Below, piece after piece: positions 40,652 through 51,108 of a stretch of DNA of 64,000 bases. Source of the DNA: Candidatus Bathyarchaeota archaeon (GTDB taxonomy: Archaea; Thermoproteota; Bathyarchaeia; Bathyarchaeales; Bathycorpusculaceae); the NCBI GenBank assembly GCA_963832745.1, contig CAWHVC010000003.1, positions 288,001 through 352,000 on the forward strand, read 5' to 3'. The notes under the pieces were generated by a model that saw only the letters and a program-made list of their open reading frames with translations, made no database searches and was not told the origin of the DNA. Within the stretch, counting starts at the first letter, position 1. Every line of letters starts with the position of its first letter. A program made the position numbers and the translations under genes.

Positions 40652-43152
40652 ATGAGAGGAAAAAATTTTAGAAAAAATCGAAAATTATTCGTCATATCAA
40701 CTATTATAGTTTGTATCCTACTGCTTGCTACTTCCGTGAATGGCGAATCACTTAAAACCATACCGATTAGTAATACGACATCTACCAAGACTGAAACAAA
40801 TCAAACGTCTACAACTGAATATTATAACCAAACATACTCAGCTAATTCAGATTTCCAGCAACAGACAACTTCAGTACTGAAAAACGATGCTAACCTAAAT
40901 CTCTCATCGTATAATACTCAGTTTGGCGGCCAAGAAACAAGCACTTATCAGGGCTTCTCCCGAACCACAGTCACTTACCTTCTGTCATCCCCTAACCATG
41001 ACAGCAGTTTACGGGTAGCGTGTTCTTTTATTGGTGATGAACTTCAAAAACTCTACATAAGCGACATAGACGGGGCATTATGTCTTAACAAAGAAAGTTC
41101 AAATTAACTTGAGAAGACGAAGAGTTTCTTACAAAACTATGCGAGTCTCACTGGAAATCCGTTCTATAGCAAGTTATACCCCATCCTAAGTGATATAAAA
41201 ATGACAGAAAACACAACAAAGATATCCGGAAATGTTATGCTCAAAGTTACAGTTATTGACGGGTCATATGTGGATTTCACGTGGAAGTACGTAGATGGCA
41301 ATGTCGTACCTGCGCAGTCCAAAGACATAGTATTAACTTACCGCAATGGGAATCTGGAATGTTTTCTTGACAACTGGAATCTTTATAAAATCAGCGGCAA
41401 TATAGAGGTGTCAAAAGAAAAAGCCATAGAAATCGCTCTCTCGGCAATCCAAAGCTACGAATATGAAGCATCCACCAGCGATGGCAACGTTACGGTATCT
41501 AACTTTAATGTTGTTTCAGTTGGAGATTCATCATTAAGTTACCTTAACGAAGAAAAAAGCACTCAAACTAGAGATAGCGCTTCCACGTTGTATCCTTCTT
41601 GGTATATTCCTCTTGGCTTTGATAAAATATATGCAGGCGGCGTTACAGGCGCTGTTATCAGGGTTTGGGCAGACACTGGCGAAGTGAGTTCAATCAACCT
41701 AATGTTATGTAGTTTAGATAACGAAACAAATGTCACGCCTGATGTTGATAAAAATAATGCCGCTGTTTCCGGAGCGCTTAATCTTGGTTGGGTATCAAAC
41801 GTTGTTTTGGTTACGTTAGTTGTTGGCTGTGCAGGAAGCTACTTTACATATATTTTGCTTTTTAAGCGGTCGCATTTTAAGCTCAAAGCTGTTTTTCTTT
41901 GCGGACTGATTGCGTTTAGTTTTATGTTTGTAATTCCAACAGTTAATGCTTATACAAGTAAAGCTGAAGTTTCTGCTTCATATTGGGGGCAACCAACTCA
42001 AGAGCAAACATGCGCTGCAACTCTCACAAGCGAGAGATAGCGACTTATTTTAATTCTGTAGGGTATGCTACCTCCACTTATACTGGCAGTAGCTGTAGTA
42101 GTAGCACAGTATATGCGAATATACAATCAGATGAACAAAACTACAATAGAGTAGCCATATTCCATTTCGGACACATGGCTGGCGCTGGATATTACCATGC
42201 GCTCCCAGATAATGATGCAGACATTGTAAGTTACTCAACTGTGAATAGCCTTACAAATGGATATCCTAACAAACACTTTTTTGTGTGTACATGGGTATGT
42301 TACAGTGCAGATGATACTAGCTTCTCCCCCAATGTAAATGCCGCAGCCCAAGCTTGGACTCAACATAGCAATCTGGCATCTGACGGTTATAACTATCCTG
42401 ACACCAGTGGTGACTGCTTTATAGGTTTTGATCTGATGTCGCCTGGTTTAGAATGGAGCATTTACAAGGATTCGACTGTCACAGGTCAAACATTCATTGA
42501 ATACTTTTATGCATACGCTACTGCCGGTTATACCGTTCGCAATGCGTTAAATCAGGCCTCATTAGACCTATTTGGCACATCATTTACTCTAACGCCACTC
42601 GTAGACACATTTGAATCATGGTTCCCCGGCGGCACTTTCAATGGTGTAACATTTGAAGCAAAGTACTATAATTGTACAATGAAAATCTATGGAGACTCAA
42701 ACATTTACTTGACTCAATACTATGCTAACACTTACATCTCGAAGACAGCCTATAACAATGGCGCAGCTAATAATCCAACATATATGTTAGGAAGCACGCC
42801 AGACGGATTATATACACAGCTTTACGGTGGAGACAGGTATGATGGCGGTATGGTAGTGTCTAAAGTCGCTACGGACTATTCAGGTTCTGGAAGCGGCTAT
42901 GCTTATGGGCACATCTATTTGCAGGGTTATTCAGTAAGCGGCTATTATAGCCATCTGTATGTCTATGTGTCTCAAATGAATAATAATGATTGGCAACTAG
43001 TAAATAGTTTCACTGTGTATCCTTCACCATATTCAGTTTGGATTGACGTAGGTAACGCTCCATATGGATTCAAGTATATTGCAGTGGCAGGATATGATGA
43101 CGCAGGCCTAAGCGCAAACTTGATGATAGATTGTGTGCGAGTAATACCCTAA
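40652..43152 (+). pseudogene. Large multidomain surface protein with clan CD (caspase/gingipain-like) domain; interrupted by an in-frame TAA and a frameshift
   Basis: ORFs 40652-41107 and 41201-42040 are in one frame separated only by TAA 41105-41107; an extra GA near 42035 shifts into 41983-43152; FHFGH...WVC...CFIGF...ALNQAS...IYGD motifs. Confidence 0.7.
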
Positions 43153-43337
43153 ACTTACCTTTCCTTTTCTTTTTTTTAACGATGCTAGATTTTAATATTA
43201 ACCTTCGACTCTTTAGGAGATGTAACCCCGTATTTTCACAAGCAGAACAGAAGAAACATGCCTCTACCTAACTCGTTGAAAACCTTTAAGCTAATGTTAT
43301 GTTGAGCTAACAATCATTTCAAAGAAGAGAAAAGGGT

Positions 43338-44421
43338 CTACTGTAGAATCAAATGCCTGTTTTGGTGACGTACTTCGACGACTTTTTCTTTGTCGGTGAT
43401 TTGGCCGATAACATCCGTGTCTGTGCCATCCTGCTCAAGAATATTCATAGATTTGTCAAGTTCTGACTTGTCAACAACGATTCCAAAGCCCCAGCCCATG
43501 TTGAAAGTTTTGAACATTTCCTCATCCGAGATTGTGTAGCCTAATTCGGCGGCGGTTTTCTGGATTAAGCCAAAGATTGGTTGTGGATGGAAATGGTTGA
43601 ACAAAAAACCGATGCCGGGTGAAGCGCGAGCTAGGTTGTTGAATTTGGTGTAAGCGTCGCCTGTAATGTGGACTGCCGCCTTAACTTTAACCTCTGAAGC
43701 GAGTTTGAGGAGGGGTTTAACGTAGATTTTGGTTGGCTCCAAGCGCTTCCAAGCCAACTTCACGGTTTAAACCTTCAGGGACGTCGGTTGCCTCGAACTT
43801 TCCGCCCCATTGCTTGAAAAGGATTTTACGGGCCAATGTGATACCGTTGCTGTGCAAGCCACTGCTGGCAAGCCCGATGATGGGGTCGCCGGGCTTAATG
43901 TTCTCGCCAGTGATTATGTTTTGTTTATCAACGGTGCCGACGGATGCAACAACCATATCAAAGCCTGCGTTCAGGTTTATGCCTTTGATTATTTCTGCTA
44001 CGTCGCCGATTTCGCCGCCTGTAACTGGGCAGCCTGATTGGATTGCGCCTTTTGCAACTCCGGTCAGCCAGTCTTTTACGAGGTCGGGGTTGCTTTCTTG
44101 TGCGTGGATGTTGTCGGCGATGGCGAGGGGTTTTGCTCCTGAACGGATAACATCGTTTGTTGCCATAGCGACCGCGTCTACGCCTATGGTGTCGTACTTT
44201 TTCATTAATTCTGCGATTAAGACTTTGGTGCCTACGCCTTCAACGACGAGGTCAAGGTATCGGTCTTGTCCAGCTGGAAAAATGTTGCCGTAAGGCAGTT
44301 TAAGGACAGAGCCAAAACTGCTTTGTTTGTAGGTTTCTTGTAGGATGCTGAGTTGTTTTTTTGATTCTACTCTTTGTTTACGGTTTACTCCTGCGTCGTC
44401 GTAAGTGTAATTTTGTGGCAT
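43338..44421 (-). CDS. purM: AIR synthetase, split by one +1 frameshift near 43740
   Basis: Y..AGV, EGVGTK, GGE, SSGLHSNG in the first ORF; LEPTKIYV, HITG, TFNMG.G in the second; removing one base gives LEALEPTKIYV. Confidence 0.93.
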
Positions 44422-44503
44422 AACCGCTCTTTTCTCCAGTAACGTATTGATGTGTGACTTTGTTAGAGATAACGATTTTGCTTGTTATCCTGTTTAAGTC
44501 TCG

Positions 44504-44878
44504 TTACAGTGCCTGCTGGGTTTGAAAACTGATTTTTTCTTTTAAAGTGGCAAGCAGTTTCTCAGGCGTGACTGGCTTAATAAGACAGGCGTCTGCCTCG
44601 TTTTTGATTGCCTTCATTGGAAAACCCGTAATTATAATTTTTATCATTTTGCCGTTTAACTGCTGAAGACTACTTGTAAGGCTGACGCCGTTTGAATCAG
44701 GAAGACAAACATCGATAAGGGCTGCTGAGTAAGATTGTTTTGTTGCTTTCTCTATTGCTTCTTTTCCAGTTCCGGCAGTGTCAGTCACGTAACCGTTCTT
44801 TTCGAGTATACGTGAAAAGACCCTTGAAATGCTTGCGTCATCATCGATAATGAGTATTGCTTTTTTGGGCAAATCCAA
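44504..44878 (-). CDS. Single-domain CheY-like response regulator
   Basis: ILIIDDD, LIDVCLPD..G, ITG, IKP. Confidence 0.9.
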   Translation of the reverse strand: MDLPKKAILIIDDDASISRVFSRILEKNGYVTDTAGTGKEAIEKATKQSYSAALIDVCLPDSNGVSLTSSLQQLNGKMIKIIITGFPMKAIKNEADACLIKPVTPEKLLATLKEKISFQTQQAL

Positions 44879-45068
44879 CTCTTTTCTCCTTTCCCTGCCT
44901 GCAAAGAGCTAACTTGTTGCTGCAAGCATCAACAGGTCAGGTTTTTATGTATTAAGGTTTTATCTACAAAACAGAATACTGCTTTTGCCACCTTGGCGTT
45001 GTTTGGATGAATAGATAAAAACGGTTATATTGGGCTTGGCTTAACAATTTTTGAGTTTAACGATTTGC

Positions 45069-45144
45069 GCGGTTGTAGTCTAGTTCGGTAGGACCTCAGC
45101 TTCCCAAGCTGAATACTCGGGTTCAAATCCCGGCAACCGCACCA
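45069..45144 (+). tRNA. tRNA-Gly(CCC), CCA encoded
   Basis: Acceptor GCGGTTG/CAACCGC; anticodon arm TCAGC-TTCCCAA-GCTGA; T loop TTCAAAT. Confidence 0.97.
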
Positions 45145-45258
45145 ATATTGTGAATTAACAGTGCAAATTTTTATTTTAAAATGGCCAAACAAGTTGGTTT
45201 TGAGAACAGGCAGGATAAAGTTTTTGTTTCCAAAACGATTCAATAGGCACTGATTAGT

Positions 45259-46081
45259 TTGCCAGTCCCCAAATATCACGTCTATATAGAATACGTTGAA
45301 CCTGACAAGTCAGGGTGTCCGCTTCAACATTGGTCAAGAGGAGTTAAACCGCACTTTTGTGGAACCTTTCAACGCGGGTCAGCCTTTCTGGTTCATGGGC
45401 AGACTGTTAAACCCAATAAAAGTCAATAAGGCAGTAGTGTTCTGGTCTTATGAAACAGCTGACAAACTAAAACTGACCAACGGAGAAAACCTCGTAGTAA
45501 CCAAAGATAAACAATACTTGATTGATTGTGTTCAGAAATGCAAAGCCAAAGGTGCTTACGTCTGCACTGAAAAGTTTCTGCCCCAAACTAACAGCAAAGC
45601 ACAAAATCAAACTGCAAACCAAGTTAAACGTAGAGTTTTTGTTATCTCAGGCGCTGACAAGGAAATGAAACAAGCTGTATCTAAGGCTTTGACTAAGCTT
45701 GGGCTGGTACCCATAGTTTCATGCGAGGACACAGGTCATAGCAGAAAAATAATTGAACAATACAAAGACTATGATGACGTGAATTTTGCAGTTGTTTTAT
45801 TGTCACCTGATGATTATGCATACGCAAAAACCGATGAACCCACCAAACGCCGGCTTAGGCCTAAACAGGAAACAGTTTTTGAGCTTGGGTTTACGCTGGG
45901 AAAACTGAGCAAAGATAAAGTGCTTGTGTTATTTAGAGAAGCAACTGACATTGAGATGCCCAACAGTTTTGCAAGCTTAAACGTTACGGCTTTTGATGAC
46001 CGCGATAGCTGGAAACTTTCACTCATACGTGAACTAACCAAAAACGGATACATTGTGGATGTTGATAATATTCTGAAATAG
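45259..46081 (+). CDS. TIR-like (CAP12/Pycsar-type) domain protein; probable +1 frameshift at GGG 45313-45315
   Basis: RVFVISG, FAVVLLSPDD, VFELG..GKL, WK..L..EL; an upstream TTG frame MPVPKYHVYIEYVEPDKS joins after removing one G. Confidence 0.8.
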
Positions 46082-46155
46082 TTGCTCAGGGCAAAATCTG
46101 TTGGGGGAAAGAAAAAAGAGACGCCCTCAATACTATTTTGAAAGGGTGCAGAATC

Positions 46156-46377
46156 ATGTTTGGCGCTTCAATTCTGGTTCCAGTTCCAACAACTCAAAAC
46201 AATGTAACATGCCCAACGTGCGGCATACAAGTCCCCGCCAGCTATAATTACTGCTATAACTGCGGCACAAATTTGCGCCAACCTGTTGTGCTTAAAATCT
46301 GCCCAAAATGCAAAAGCAGAATCGCCGTTTCAGCAAAGTTCTGCCCTGAATGCGGAACAAAACAACAACAAAGTTAG
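46156..46377 (+). CDS. Double zinc-ribbon protein
   Basis: CPTC...CYNC...CPKC...CPEC. Confidence 0.85.
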   Translation: MFGASILVPVPTTQNNVTCPTCGIQVPASYNYCYNCGTNLRQPVVLKICPKCKSRIAVSAKFCPECGTKQQQS

Positions 46378-46577
46378 AGTTCGTTTTCTTCTCCCGTTAT
46401 GTGTTTGACAGCCCAGCCTTTTGGTGTTAAGATTTGGATACCTTTTTGGTGTTTGTAAACGGTTATTTGTGCATAAATTTCGTCCATACTGTTAAGGCCT
46501 TTGCTATTGTCTGACGCAACAAAGATTGTCTGGACATCTTTATCAGCACTTTTGCTGCTCATATGGTAAACCTTCAT
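46374..46577 (-). CDS. Small hypothetical protein
   Basis: 67 aa ORF with GGTGA SD-like motif upstream. Confidence 0.5.
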   Translation of the reverse strand: MKVYHMSSKSADKDVQTIFVASDNSKGLNSMDEIYAQITVYKHQKGIQILTPKGWAVKHITGEENEL

Positions 46578-46693
46578 TTTAATTCACCTAAGGGCAATTT
46601 GATGTAAAAGGTGCTTGTTTAGGTTTCTGGCAAAACTTTGAATTAAGCTAAGAATTTAGGGTCCCAAAACCTTATAGTAAGTGAGGAAGGCAG

Positions 46694-47407
46694 ATGAGTG
46701 AAGTTTTAAAAAACATTAAAACCCGCCAATCCAGCCGAGTGCCCTTCAACTCAGACAAGCCAGTATCAAAAGAAGTCGTAAAACAGATTTTGGAAGCAGC
46801 AAAATGGACGCCCACCGCACATAACATGCAAAACTTCGAAATTATAGTAATCGATGACAAGACGACTTTGGAAAAAATTGGCAATCTAAAAATGTGCATC
46901 ACTGAAGAATGCCTCAAAGAAAACTATCAACAACTATCATTTTCCCAAGAAGAACTGCAGAGAAAGAAAACTGGCATTTTAGCAGCGATGTTTCCGCCTG
47001 CATGGGTTAACCCACAGAAGATGACGCAAGTTGCCCAATCAGTAGCGTCTACCCCTGTTACCCAAAGCATTCGTGGCAGTCCACTATTGTTAATTGTACT
47101 TTACGATAGCCGAAAAAGGGCGCCTGCGTCTGAGGGTGACGTTTTGGGTTTTGTAAGTTTAGGCTGTCTATTGGAGAACATTTGGCTTATGACGAATTCT
47201 TTGGGTATTAGCCTTCAGGTTATTAGCACGTTTGCCACAGAACCTCTTGAGACAGAACTGAAAAAGCTTCTAGGTGTTCCTGAGCACCTAAAAATAGCGT
47301 TTGGGCTACGTTTAGGTTACCCTACTTCTGCAACGGCTTATCCGCGGGTTCGGCGAGACATAGAAGACTTTACCCACAGTAACCAATATGGTAACAAGCA
47401 AGCATAA
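46694..47407 (+). CDS. Nitroreductase family protein
   Basis: IKTRQSSR..F, AKWTPTAHNMQ, LENIWL..NSLG, LGYP. Confidence 0.9.
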   Translation: MSEVLKNIKTRQSSRVPFNSDKPVSKEVVKQILEAAKWTPTAHNMQNFEIIVIDDKTTLEKIGNLKMCITEECLKENYQQLSFSQEELQRKKTGILAAMFPPAWVNPQKMTQVAQSVASTPVTQSIRGSPLLLIVLYDSRKRAPASEGDVLGFVSLGCLLENIWLMTNSLGISLQVISTFATEPLETELKKLLGVPEHLKIAFGLRLGYPTSATAYPRVRRDIEDFTHSNQYGNKQA

Positions 47408-47418
47408 CACCGTCTTTT

Positions 47419-48342
47419 TTATGCTTCAATTTTTCTATTGATATTTTTTCTTTTGTAAAACAAAGTTGCTGCCGTAATAGTCAGCATTAATGTGGATAAT
47501 GTTAGAAGTGTGGGAAACTCGGCGACAGTGGGAGTTGTAGTTGATACGTTAGTATCGGTTGGTTGAGAATTTGCTGAAGCATCAAGATAAAGTGTATGTA
47601 GAACGTCGGCTACAGCGTTAACTGCCAGATTCAACGATTCTTCACATCTGCCACTAAAGGTTGGATTATTCCAGTCATAATTGGTATCCATCCAAGTGCA
47701 GCTTAAACTGTTGTTTCCGCCAAAAGTTGTGTCGTAGGCAATGTTCAGGGCTGAATTGTAAGCTGACACGTTGGCGAGTTCACCGTCAAACTTCAAATAT
47801 ACATTCAGGCTTGATTCATAAGCGCCTGTTTGGCTGTTAACATGGTTTTCGTAGTCATTATGATGGACTTCGGTGCCCCAAGCGGTTTTCGAACCCATCA
47901 AGTGACCAAAAACTCCCATGTCAGCAACGTAATGTGTTAGTGCACCTGCGTCTTTAGCGGCGTCTATGTAGTCGCCGTTCTTTAGAAACGTTAATGCTTT
48001 TTGGTATTCCTCGCTTGCTCTTTTTGCTGATGCATCATCCTGAAGAGTCCCATTACTATAGTAGTAAATGTGGTGTTTTGTAGTGTCGCCTATTCCGCCT
48101 TGGCTTGCTGGAAGATCAGGAAGTTCGGTGCCGTAAAGATAGACTTCAAGGTTGCTTGCAATGTATTGTTTTTCGTTGTCTGGCAAAAAGTCAAGGGCAT
48201 GCTGGGCAATCCAGTCGTGAGTTCCATAATCGGGTTGCGTGGGGTCTGCTGAGTAACCTCCGTTACTCCACCCCATTACATAAGGAACGGCAGACAACAA
48301 AACAAATACGCATACAAACGGCAGAATCAATTTTAGTTTCAT
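47419..48342 (-). CDS. Secreted zinc-dependent phospholipase C / S1-P1 nuclease family protein with AEFP-type sorting signal
   Basis: Mature N-terminal W, THDWIA, PD, HH, HYVAD...H, H..YE; C-terminal VAEFP, TM helix, KRK. Confidence 0.85.
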   Translation of the reverse strand: MKLKLILPFVCVFVLLSAVPYVMGWSNGGYSADPTQPDYGTHDWIAQHALDFLPDNEKQYIASNLEVYLYGTELPDLPASQGGIGDTTKHHIYYYSNGTLQDDASAKRASEEYQKALTFLKNGDYIDAAKDAGALTHYVADMGVFGHLMGSKTAWGTEVHHNDYENHVNSQTGAYESSLNVYLKFDGELANVSAYNSALNIAYDTTFGGNNSLSCTWMDTNYDWNNPTFSGRCEESLNLAVNAVADVLHTLYLDASANSQPTDTNVSTTTPTVAEFPTLLTLSTLMLTITAATLFYKRKNINRKIEA

Positions 48343-48432
48343 TTTAGGGCTCCAATACTTTGTTTTAGCAAGTCAGCCTTTAAAAGGCTTCTAAAATCTA
48401 ATAAGGACAAACAGCCGAGTTACCAGTAACAG

Positions 48433-48750
48433 GTGAAGGCTATGGAGTTAACAGACTTAGTTTCAGGGTTACTGATGATTATTGTGCCCATTTTGATTCT
48501 TAGTGCAGGTCTCGGGTTTTCCCATTTTATGCCCTCAAAAAAACGAGTAGTTGGCATTATTCTAGTGGCTGTTGGAGTAGTTGGCACAGCAGTTTTTGGT
48601 ATCGGTTTCATCGTCGTTTTATCACGCGAAAGTTTAGCGGGCAGTATTGGTCTAGGTTTAATGACCGCTGTTGAACTTGCAACGTTAGCTGTCGGCATTA
48701 TTAATTTACGCAAAAAAGCATCTAAAGACATTCCTTTGTCAACTGCTTGA
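48433..48750 (+). CDS. Small membrane protein with three TM helices
   Basis: 105 aa hydrophobic ORF. Confidence 0.6.
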   Translation: MKAMELTDLVSGLLMIIVPILILSAGLGFSHFMPSKKRVVGIILVAVGVVGTAVFGIGFIVVLSRESLAGSIGLGLMTAVELATLAVGIINLRKKASKDIPLSTA

Positions 48751-48861
48751 ATGAAATATGGCATCAATTTGCAGACTGATACATAAGTAACAACTCTTTT
48801 TTCTCTTAAATTAGCAATCTGTTTTTTAATCACAAAGCATTTTATTTTATTAGGGATTAAC

Positions 48862-49224
48862 TTGACGATTTTTCTTGTCAGAACATACACTATTAAACCA
48901 GACAAACTGAAAGATCATAATTCTTGGGGTAAAAAACTGGTTGCCTTAATGAAGAAAAACCCGAGCCTGTTTAAGGGTGTTAAATCAATGAAAGTGTTAA
49001 GCCATAAGAAAGGCGACTGCGTCGGCGAATTTATGGCCATGTGGGGCTTTGAAAACTTAGACGCCGTTAAAGGATGGGAAACAGGCTTTAGCGAAATTCC
49101 TGAAGAGAAAGCGTTAAGAACCGAATTTATGGAACTAATTGTGCCAGGGTCATTTTCAGCTTGCATTTGGGAACCGATCAAAACTTTAAACCGTAAAATT
49201 AAACCCAAACGCACCAAAAAATAG
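48862..49224 (+). CDS. Hypothetical protein, NIPSNAP/dimeric alpha-beta barrel-like
   Basis: RTYTIKPDK...MWGFENL pattern. Confidence 0.6.
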   Translation: MTIFLVRTYTIKPDKLKDHNSWGKKLVALMKKNPSLFKGVKSMKVLSHKKGDCVGEFMAMWGFENLDAVKGWETGFSEIPEEKALRTEFMELIVPGSFSACIWEPIKTLNRKIKPKRTKK

Positions 49225-49321
49225 GATGCCACCTTTCAGCAAAAATAGAAGGCAATATTAAAAAAGATAAGCCCAAACGAAAGTAGGGTTTAAAAATTAA
49301 ATAAGAAAAGAAAAAGAAAGC

Positions 49322-50500
49322 TTATTCTTTCTTAGCTGCTTCTAAGGCTTTGCATAGAACTGCAGCTTTATCGCATTTTTCCCATGGGAACTCGACGTCA
49401 TCTCTGCCAAAGTGACCAAACGCCGCTGTTTTCTTATAGATTGGTCTTAGCAGGTTAAGATGATCAATGATTGCACGTGGTCTCATGTCAAAGTTTTTCA
49501 TGACAAGATCCATGATTTGTTCGTCTGGGAGTTTGCCTGTTCCAAAAGTGTTAACCAACACTGAGATTGGCTGTGCGACACCAATGGCGTAGCTGATTTG
49601 GACCTCGCATTGGTCTGCTAAGCCTGCTGCAACAACGTTTTTAGCGATGTAGCGTGCCATGTAGCAGCCGCTTCTGTCAACTTTGGATGGATCTTTGCCG
49701 CTGAAGCATCCACCGCCATGGCTTCCAACTCCTCCGTAAGTATCAACGATGATTTTTCGGCCTGTTAAACCGCTGTCAGCTAAGGTTCCGCCGATTACGA
49801 ATCTGCCTGTGCCGTTGATGACATATTTTATGTCTTCTGGAATCAGGTGAGCGGGGATTACGTGTTTAATTACTTTCTCGATTATTTGCTTCTTCAAAAC
49901 AGCGTCTTCAACTGAGCCATTATTTTGGGCAGCTATAACAACGGTTTTGATGCATTTTGGTTTACCATTGTCATATTCGACGGTGACTTGTGATTTGCAG
50001 TCTGGACGCAGATAAGGCATTTCACCGTTTTTACGCACTTCAGCTAACCGTTTGACAAGCCTGTGAGATAGCAATATTGGAAGCGGCATGAGTTCTTTTG
50101 TTTCATTTGAGGCATAACCGAAAACCATGCCTTGGTCTCCTGCGCCTTGCTCATGACCATTTGATTCGTTAACACCCATGGCAATGTCTGGTGACTGCTC
50201 AGTTAATGATACAAGAATGCCACATGTTTCCCAATCAAGACCGTCTTTGGCGTTATCAAAACCGATTTCTTTTAAAGTTTGACGAACGATTGTTGGGATG
50301 TTTATGTAGGCACAAGTAGTGATTTGACCTGTAATCATTACAGTTCCTTGCATGACAAGTGTTTCACAGTCAACTCTTGCTTTGGGATCTTTAGTTAGTA
50401 TTGCGTCTAAGACGCTGTCGGAAATTTGGTCTGCAACCTTATCTGGGTGACCTTCTCCGACAGATTCAGATGTGAACAAATATCTTCCATTTATTTTCAT
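49322..50500 (-). CDS. metK: S-adenosylmethionine synthetase, bacterial/eukaryotic type
   Basis: [43 protein letters not shown]. Confidence 0.97.
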   Translation of the reverse strand: MKINGRYLFTSESVGEGHPDKVADQISDSVLDAILTKDPKARVDCETLVMQGTVMITGQITTCAYINIPTIVRQTLKEIGFDNAKDGLDWETCGILVSLTEQSPDIAMGVNESNGHEQGAGDQGMVFGYASNETKELMPLPILLSHRLVKRLAEVRKNGEMPYLRPDCKSQVTVEYDNGKPKCIKTVVIAAQNNGSVEDAVLKKQIIEKVIKHVIPAHLIPEDIKYVINGTGRFVIGGTLADSGLTGRKIIVDTYGGVGSHGGGCFSGKDPSKVDRSGCYMARYIAKNVVAAGLADQCEVQISYAIGVAQPISVLVNTFGTGKLPDEQIMDLVMKNFDMRPRAIIDHLNLLRPIYKKTAAFGHFGRDDVEFPWEKCDKAAVLCKALEAAKKE

Positions 50501-50665
50501 CAGGAACCCTTCATCGCTTGGATTAAGTTGATAGTTAATCGGGTGTTTTTCTTAAAAGCCTTTCTACAATTATCGACCAAAAAGAATTCACATCCAAAAA
50601 CATGTTTTTAAGCAAAAAACAAACTTTTATTCTACAGGCTAAGTTAACCTTTGAAGGGCAACATT

Positions 50666-51052
50666 ATGAAGAAAATAGTTCGAACAGATAATGCACCTAA
50701 ACCAGTTGGTCCATACAGCCAAGCAGTTAAGGCGGGCGGTTTTCTTTTTGTTTCTGGCCAGTTAGCCATTGACCCAAAACAAAATAAAATTGTTGCCATG
50801 GATATTGTTGGGCAGACAAGGCAGGTATTGGAAAATATTAAGGCGATACTACAGAAAGCAAATTTTGGCTTAAATGATGTTGTACAAACCAGTGTTTACT
50901 TGACTTCAATAGCGTTGTTTAATGAATTTAACATGGAGTACGCCAAATATTTTCCTGCGGACGCTCCAACACGCGTTACTGTAGCTGTTCAGTTACCCCT
51001 AAATGCTCTTGTTGAAATTTCTGCTGTAGCATATCAACATGTTCAAACCTAA
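50666..51052 (+). CDS. ridA: RidA/YjgF enamine deaminase
   Basis: APKPVGPYSQAV, SGQ, PTR, LP..ALVEI. Confidence 0.92.
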   Translation: MKKIVRTDNAPKPVGPYSQAVKAGGFLFVSGQLAIDPKQNKIVAMDIVGQTRQVLENIKAILQKANFGLNDVVQTSVYLTSIALFNEFNMEYAKYFPADAPTRVTVAVQLPLNALVEISAVAYQHVQT

Positions 51053-51108
51053 TTATTCAATAATTATAAAAACTTGAATTCATGAATAAAGGATACTAGT
51101 GGAAGATT

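Noticed and set aside
41105-41107. In-frame stop as recoding (Sec/Pyl readthrough)
   Set aside because: The codon is TAA, not TGA or TAG, and the same gene also has a frameshift.
43717-43763. Programmed frameshift or genuinely split purM
   Set aside because: No slippery heptamer is visible, one extra base explains it, and the same error pattern occurs elsewhere in the window.
45025-45279. ORFs overlapping tRNA-Gly (and 15181-15492 near tRNA-Ala)
   Set aside because: Antisense shadows of a tRNA or of the real small gene; no protein motifs.
48420-48905. 161-aa minus-strand ORF and the many other antisense or alternate-frame ORFs in the track
   Set aside because: They overlap better-supported genes and lack recognisable motifs.
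50501-50650. SAM riboswitch upstream of metK
   Set aside because: The leader is short and AT-rich, with no SAM-I/II consensus visible.
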